This document shows, piece after piece, positions 59,008 through 64,000 of a stretch of 64,000 nt of DNA. Source of the DNA: an uncultured Clostridium sp. (GTDB taxonomy: Bacteria > Bacillota > Clostridia > TANB77 > CAG-508); contig CAOKXF010000004.1 of assembly GCA_948473335.1 (NCBI GenBank), positions 70,530-134,529 of the forward strand, in the 5' to 3' direction. How positions within the stretch are numbered: position 1 is the stretch's first letter; each line of letters begins with the position of its first letter. The notes below the pieces were generated by a model, which was not told where the DNA came from, searched no databases, and saw only the letters and a program-made list of their open reading frames with translations. The translations under genes and the position numbers were made by a program.

Positions 59008-59087
59008 TGTGAATAAAAAATAAAAAAAGAGCAGTAATAAGAGTTATTCACAAAGTTATCCACATTATCCACAATTGATGTGGATAA
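59008..59087. promoter_or_regulatory. DnaA-box cluster: 3 perfect and 2 one-mismatch TTATCCACA boxes in 80 bp.
   Basis: tgtgaataa (59008), ttattcaca (59044), TTATCCACA (59056), TTATCCACA (59065), attga, then inverted TGTGGATAA (59079). Confidence 0.6.
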
Positions 59088-59245
59088 AAAAAGTAACAGA
59101 AAAAAAGAAAAACAGGAGACATAAAACGACAAAGAATACATAAAAATGAACCATAATGACAAAAAGTGAATATAATAAAATGTGAGGAGTGAAAAAAGTG
59201 TTTAGAAAATTTAGAATAAGAAGATATAATAGAGAAGGAAATGCA

Positions 59246-59527
59246 ATGGAAATAGAATATACAGAGTTAAAAGAAAGAGTAAAAACTGGAGCAATATTAC
59301 TAGACGTAAGAAGTGCACAAGAATATCAAGAAGGACATTTAGAAGGAGCAATATTAATACCAGAATTTGAAATAGAAAAAAATATAGAAAAGATAATAAG
59401 AGATAAACATCAAGAAATAGTAATATATTGTACAAGTGGAGCAAGAAGCAAGAAAGCTTCTAAAATCATGAGAATGAAGGGATATGACAATTTATATGAT
59501 TTAAAAGGAGGACTAGATAATATATAG
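59246..59527 (+). CDS. Single-domain rhodanese-like sulfurtransferase.
   Basis: Rhodanese fold with active-site loop IYCTSGARS. Start uncertain: the ORF opens at GTG 59189, and ATG 59246 follows GAAGGAAA. Confidence 0.75.
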   Translation: MEIEYTELKERVKTGAILLDVRSAQEYQEGHLEGAILIPEFEIEKNIEKIIRDKHQEIVIYCTSGARSKKASKIMRMKGYDNLYDLKGGLDNI

Positions 59528-59632
59528 AAAAAAATACCAAAAAAAATAATAAATATAACAGAAAATTCTATTGAGATTTAAAATAAGATATGTTACAATG
59601 TAAAAGAAGAAATATAAAATTGTGGAGGACAA

Positions 59633-61444
59633 ATGAACGGAAGGCAAGAAAATATACGAAACTTCAGTATAATTGCGCATATTGACCACGGAAAATCAAC
59701 ATTAGCAGATAGACTAATAGAAATGACAGGAGTATTATCCAAAAGAGAAATGGAAAGTCAAGTACTTGATAATATGGAAATTGAAAAAGAAAGAGGAATA
59801 ACTATAAAATCCCAATCTGTAAGGATGAAGTATAAAGCAAAAGATGGACAAGAGTACATATTAAATCTAATAGATACACCAGGTCATGTAGATTTTAATT
59901 ATGAAGTATCAAGGAGTTTAGCTGCATGTGATGGAGCAATATTAGTAGTAGATGCAAGCCAAGGAGTAGAGGCACAAACATTAGCAAATGTATATTTAGC
60001 AATAGACAATAATTTAGAAATATTACCAGTTATAAATAAAATAGACCTACCAAATGCAAGACCAGACGAGGTAAAGAAAGAGATAGAAGAAATAATTGGA
60101 ATACCAGCAGATGGAGCTCCATGTATATCAGCAAAATCAGGATTAAATGTCGAACAAGTTTTAGAAAAAATAGTAACAGATTTACCAAATCCAAAAGGAG
60201 ATGAAAACGCAAAAACTAGATGTTTAATATTTGACTCATTTTATGATAACTATAAAGGGGCAATAGCATATGTAAGGGTATTTGATGGAAAAGTAAAAGC
60301 GGGAGACGAGATACGATTAATGGCAACAAACAAGATATTTACAGTAGCTGAAGTAGGATATTTTGAGCCAGGAGAATATGTAGAAGCAAAAGAACTAAAA
60401 GCAGGAGAAGTAGGATATATAGCAGCAAGTATAAAGGTAATATCAGATATACAAGTAGGCGATACAATAACACAAAATAATAATCCAGCAGAAGAAGCTT
60501 TAAAAGGATACAAGAAAGTAACACCAATGGTATATTGTGGACTATATCCAATAGATGGAAGTGAGTATGAAGATTTAAAAGAGGCATTAGAAAAACTAAA
60601 ATTAAATGATGCAGCATTAGAGTATGAAGTAGAAACATCAGCAGCATTAGGATTTGGATTTAGATGTGGATTTTTAGGACTATTGCATTTAGAGATAATA
60701 GAGGAAAGACTTGCGAGAGAATTCGATTTAGGATTAATTACAACATCTCCATCAGTAATATATAAAGTACATAAAATAAGTGGAGAAGAAATAGAAATAT
60801 ATAATCCAACAGAGTTACCACTAGAACAAGAAATAGCATATATAGAAGAACCAATAGTAACAGCACAAATATTAACGCCAAAAGAATATGTAGGAAATAT
60901 AATGGAAATATGTCAAAATAGAAGAGGAATATATATAGACATGAAATATCTAGATGAAAATAGAGTAACTTTAATCTATGATATGCCATTAAATGAAATA
61001 ATATATGATTTTTTTGACAACTTAAAATCGAAGACAAAAGGATATGCATCATTTGATTATGAATTCAAAGAATATAAACAGTCAAAACTAGTAAAGTTAG
61101 ACATACATGTAAATGGAGAAAAAGTAGATGCATTAAGCTTTATAGTACATAAAGACACAGCATATGACAGAGGAAGAAAAATGGTAGAAAAACTAAAAAC
61201 AGTAATACCAAGGCACTTATTTACAATACCATTACAAGCAGTAATAGGAGGAACAGTAATAGCAAGAGAAACAATATCAGCAATGCGAAAAGATGTATTA
61301 GCAAAATGTTATGGAGGAGATATTACAAGAAAGAAGAAGCTATTAGAAAAGCAAAAAAGAGGTAAGAAGAAAATGAGACAAATAGGTAATGTAGAAATGC
61401 CACAAGAAGCTTTTCTAGCAGTATTAAAATTAGATGATAAATAA
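59633..61444 (+). CDS. lepA: Elongation factor 4 (LepA)
   Basis: [21 protein letters not shown]...DTPGHVDF...NKIDLP and the LepA-specific C-terminal domain. Confidence 0.95.
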   Translation: MNGRQENIRNFSIIAHIDHGKSTLADRLIEMTGVLSKREMESQVLDNMEIEKERGITIKSQSVRMKYKAKDGQEYILNLIDTPGHVDFNYEVSRSLAACDGAILVVDASQGVEAQTLANVYLAIDNNLEILPVINKIDLPNARPDEVKKEIEEIIGIPADGAPCISAKSGLNVEQVLEKIVTDLPNPKGDENAKTRCLIFDSFYDNYKGAIAYVRVFDGKVKAGDEIRLMATNKIFTVAEVGYFEPGEYVEAKELKAGEVGYIAASIKVISDIQVGDTITQNNNPAEEALKGYKKVTPMVYCGLYPIDGSEYEDLKEALEKLKLNDAALEYEVETSAALGFGFRCGFLGLLHLEIIEERLAREFDLGLITTSPSVIYKVHKISGEEIEIYNPTELPLEQEIAYIEEPIVTAQILTPKEYVGNIMEICQNRRGIYIDMKYLDENRVTLIYDMPLNEIIYDFFDNLKSKTKGYASFDYEFKEYKQSKLVKLDIHVNGEKVDALSFIVHKDTAYDRGRKMVEKLKTVIPRHLFTIPLQAVIGGTVIARETISAMRKDVLAKCYGGDITRKKKLLEKQKRGKKKMRQIGNVEMPQEAFLAVLKLDDK

Positions 61445-61465
61445 AGGAGAAGAGAGTAAAGGAAA

Positions 61466-62353
61466 ATGAACTCAAGAAAAAAAATGAATAATGTGCCAAG
61501 AAGAGATAATGAAAGAGCAAGAAATAAACAAACAAAGAATTACAGAAATGAAAAGGTTAATATGAGAACTAAAGAAATAAGTAATACAAAGGAAAAAAAT
61601 GAAAAACTATTTGAAGATCAGGTTGAAGGAAGAAATTCAGTATTAGAATTGCTAGAAAGCAAAAAGGATATCAACAAAATATTCATAGCAAAAGGAGAAA
61701 AACACGGTTCAATAAATAAAATAATAGCAATAGCAAAAGAACAAAAAGTAGTAATTGTAGAAAAAGATAGAAGACAGTTAGAAGAAATGTCACAAACTGA
61801 AAATTGTCAAGGAGTAATAGCAATAGTACCGCCATATGAATACTGTGAAGTAGAAGACATAATTAAAAAGGCAAAAGAACAGCAAGAAAATCCATTCATA
61901 ATAATACTAGATGGAATAGAAGATCCACACAATTTAGGTTCAATAATAAGAACAGCAGAAACAGCAGGAGTACATGGAATAATAATACCAAAGAGAAGAG
62001 CTGCAACAGTTAATAGTACAGTAAACAAAGCATCAGCAGGAGCTGTAGAACATATGAAGATAGCAAGAGTTACAAATATATCAGATACAATAGAAGAACT
62101 AAAAAGAGAAGGATTATGGATATGTGGAACTGATGTAGAGACAAATAAATATTATTATAACCAAGATTTAAAAGGACCAATAGGAATTGTAATAGGAAAT
62201 GAAGGAAAAGGAATTAGTGAAAAAGTAAAGAAAAATTGTGACTTTTTAGTAAAAATCCCAATGCAAGGGAAAATAAAATCACTAAATGCTGCCGTATCTA
62301 CAGGAATTGTAGTTTATGAAGTAGTAAAACAAAGAAAGTTGGAGGTAAAATAA
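61466..62353 (+). CDS. rlmB: 23S rRNA (guanosine-2'-O)-methyltransferase RlmB (SpoU/TrmH family) with a ~55-aa Lys/Arg-rich N-terminal extension.
   Basis: SpoU motifs (ILDGIEDPHNLGSIIRTAETAGV; IGNEGKGIS; SLNAAVSTGIVVYE). Confidence 0.85.
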   Translation: MNSRKKMNNVPRRDNERARNKQTKNYRNEKVNMRTKEISNTKEKNEKLFEDQVEGRNSVLELLESKKDINKIFIAKGEKHGSINKIIAIAKEQKVVIVEKDRRQLEEMSQTENCQGVIAIVPPYEYCEVEDIIKKAKEQQENPFIIILDGIEDPHNLGSIIRTAETAGVHGIIIPKRRAATVNSTVNKASAGAVEHMKIARVTNISDTIEELKREGLWICGTDVETNKYYYNQDLKGPIGIVIGNEGKGISEKVKKNCDFLVKIPMQGKIKSLNAAVSTGIVVYEVVKQRKLEVK

Positions 62354-62355
62354 TA

Positions 62356-64000
62356 ATGAAAAGTAATAAAAGTAAGGTAATATTAACAGTTGTAATAACA
62401 TTGGTAGTTTTAATTTTAGCGATAGTAGGAACAGTAACATATTTATATTTAAAAACAGATATATTTAAATCAAATAAAGAAATATTTGCAAAATATATGG
62501 AACAAACAACAACACAAATAGAAAATGTATTTGATAAAGAAAAAGCAGAAGAAATAACAAAAAAAATAAAAGAAAATAGTAGTGAGTCAAAAACAGTATT
62601 AACGTTTAATGATGAGAAAAGTGAAGCATTAAGTAAAATATCAGTATCAATGGATATAAAAAATGATGCAACAAATAAAAAAATATATAATGATATAAAA
62701 TTAATGAATGGAGAAGAGAAAATACTAGAAACAGAATATATGACATCTGAAAATTCAATATCACTAAGACTAACAGATGTAGTAAAACAATTTTTAACAA
62801 TAGATGATACAAATTTAGAACAATTAGCAAATAGTTTGAATATGGAAGTAAGTAATATACAAGCTATACTAGAGCTATTAAGATATAAAAATACAGATAA
62901 CTCACTAAGTTTAACAAATGAAGAAATAAAAACGTTGAAAGAAACATATACAAATGTAATCAGTTCTAATATAGTAAATTCAGATTTTTCAAAGAAAACA
63001 GATGTAATGTTAACAGTAAATGGAAATACAGTTACAGCAAATTCTTACATATTAACAATAAAGCCAGATAAATATAAAAATATCTTAAAAAAGGCAATGG
63101 AACAATTAAAGGATGACACAATAATATTAAGTAAGTTAGAAAAAATAGATACAGTAAATACAAATAATGAAGGTAATTCATTAAAACAAAACTATATAGA
63201 TGTATTAAATAATAAGTTGGCAGAACTTGAAAGCATAGAATATAAAGACGATGTAATAATTAGTTTATATGAAAAAGATGGAAAAACAATAAGAATAAAA
63301 TTAGAAGAAGGATTTTATACAATAACAATAGACACAGTAGAAAATGATGAAATATTAGGAGTAAATATAAAAGCAGTTTCTTTAGAAAATCAAATTGAAG
63401 ATGTAATAGAAGTAGATTTTACAAAGTATAAAAGTGAATATTATAATGTAGCAATAGAGTTAAAAACTATATCAGAAGAGGAACAAAATATAATATTTGA
63501 AATAAAAGCAACAAATAATGAAAGAAATATGAAATTAGAATTTAGTACTCAAACGACAATGGGAGAAGATAAAATAAAGGCAATAATAACAAGTGATATA
63601 GACTTTGTTGAACAAGTAGAAGATATGATAATATTAACAGAAAATGTAAACAATATAACATTAAACAACTTAGATGCGCAAAGATGTAGTGCAATATTAG
63701 CACAAGTAATAAATGCAACAAGACAAAAATATTCAGAAAAGTTAACGAATTTCAGAACAAATTTTATTAATATGCCAGAAGTACCAGGTGAACCAGACAT
63801 ACCAACAGATACAGCAGGGTCACTAAAGGAAGCAGAAATAAAAACATTTAACTCAAGATTTGAAACATATGAAAGAGAAAATGTAACAGGGTCAGATGTA
63901 AATACATTAATAAGAGAAGTTTTAAATAATAATAAAGAACAAAAAGAAGCGAGCAAAAAGATAGAAATAACAGGAGTTGTAGAATTAAAAGCAACAGCAA
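62356..64000 (+). CDS. Large hypothetical membrane-anchored protein, partial. It runs off the 3' end of the window (more than 548 aa).
   Basis: Frame checked codon by codon and is open from ATG 62356 to nt 64000. N-terminal TM helix (VILTVVITLVVLILAIVGTV), then a Lys/Glu/Asn-rich soluble region with no recognised domain. Confidence 0.55.
   Translation, partial: MKSNKSKVILTVVITLVVLILAIVGTVTYLYLKTDIFKSNKEIFAKYMEQTTTQIENVFDKEKAEEITKKIKENSSESKTVLTFNDEKSEALSKISVSMDIKNDATNKKIYNDIKLMNGEEKILETEYMTSENSISLRLTDVVKQFLTIDDTNLEQLANSLNMEVSNIQAILELLRYKNTDNSLSLTNEEIKTLKETYTNVISSNIVNSDFSKKTDVMLTVNGNTVTANSYILTIKPDKYKNILKKAMEQLKDDTIILSKLEKIDTVNTNNEGNSLKQNYIDVLNNKLAELESIEYKDDVIISLYEKDGKTIRIKLEEGFYTITIDTVENDEILGVNIKAVSLENQIEDVIEVDFTKYKSEYYNVAIELKTISEEEQNIIFEIKATNNERNMKLEFSTQTTMGEDKIKAIITSDIDFVEQVEDMIILTENVNNITLNNLDAQRCSAILAQVINATRQKYSEKLTNFRTNFINMPEVPGEPDIPTDTAGSLKEAEIKTFNSRFETYERENVTGSDVNTLIREVLNNNKEQKEASKKIEITGVVELKATA

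Noticed and set aside
59008-59087. Chromosomal origin (oriC) assignment for the DnaA-box cluster.
   Set aside because: No dnaA, dnaN, rpmH or gidA genes are nearby. It is kept as a DnaA-box cluster or regulatory finding, not called as an origin.
1-64000. CRISPR arrays, rRNA or tRNA genes, IS elements or prophage blocks.
   Set aside because: No regularly spaced direct repeats with unique spacers were seen. There are no GC-rich stretches of rRNA or tRNA type with T-loop motifs, and no transposase or integrase ORFs in any frame.

Overview
AT-rich (~27-28% GC) chromosomal window from a spore-forming, Clostridia-like Firmicute (sigH, a Spo0A_C-domain protein and HepT/MntA are present). All gene calls below are from reading the sequence and the six-frame ORF track; nothing was searched.

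Most of the window is housekeeping. In order: the 3' ~85% of adhE; dnaG-rpoD; an MscS channel; an OmpR-type two-component system upstream of a giant cyclic-beta-1,2-glucan-synthase-like membrane glycosyltransferase plus an overlapping GH94 phosphorylase ORF; recD2 (frameshifted), comFC (no canonical start codon) and a frameshifted orphan feoA; a cell-wall cluster (MOP flippase translationally coupled to a FemAB aminoacyltransferase, Cof-type HAD phosphatase, DUF2207 protein, second FemAB paralogue, alanine racemase); a HepT/MntA toxin-antitoxin pair; rpsL-rpsG-fusA-tuf; plsX-acpP; pyrH-frr-polyprenyl synthase-uppS-cdsA-PDZ-less RseP; aspS; dapF; murE; a dGTPase-like HD hydrolase; ruvA-rarA; a TauE/SafE exporter split into two half-genes; sigH-rnc-radical SAM; lepA; rlmB; and a large membrane-anchored protein that runs off the 3' end.

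No rRNA, tRNA or CRISPR array was seen.

Features worth a second look:
1. A type-I toxin-antitoxin-like convergent small-RNA and hydrophobic-peptide locus upstream of rpsL, whose two terminator hairpin loops are complementary.
2. An orphan, compositionally foreign (higher GC) Spo0A C-terminal-domain-only gene.
3. A four-member family of GC-rich palindromic terminator hairpins (ATAGGCRCAGAWATGYGCCTAT) with a compensatory stem change.
4. A membrane-anchored (CxxC)n cysteine-repeat protein next to a PDZ-less site-2 protease.
5. A cluster of five DnaA boxes away from any dnaA gene.
6. An 80-bp tandem duplication carrying a conserved hairpin between rpsG and fusA.
7. Two paralogous ~60-aa ORFs downstream of tuf, each preceded by a conserved 5' hairpin.
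8. Several higher-GC small orphan ORFs.
9. Three single-base lesions within 1.5 kb (recD2, comFC, feoA).
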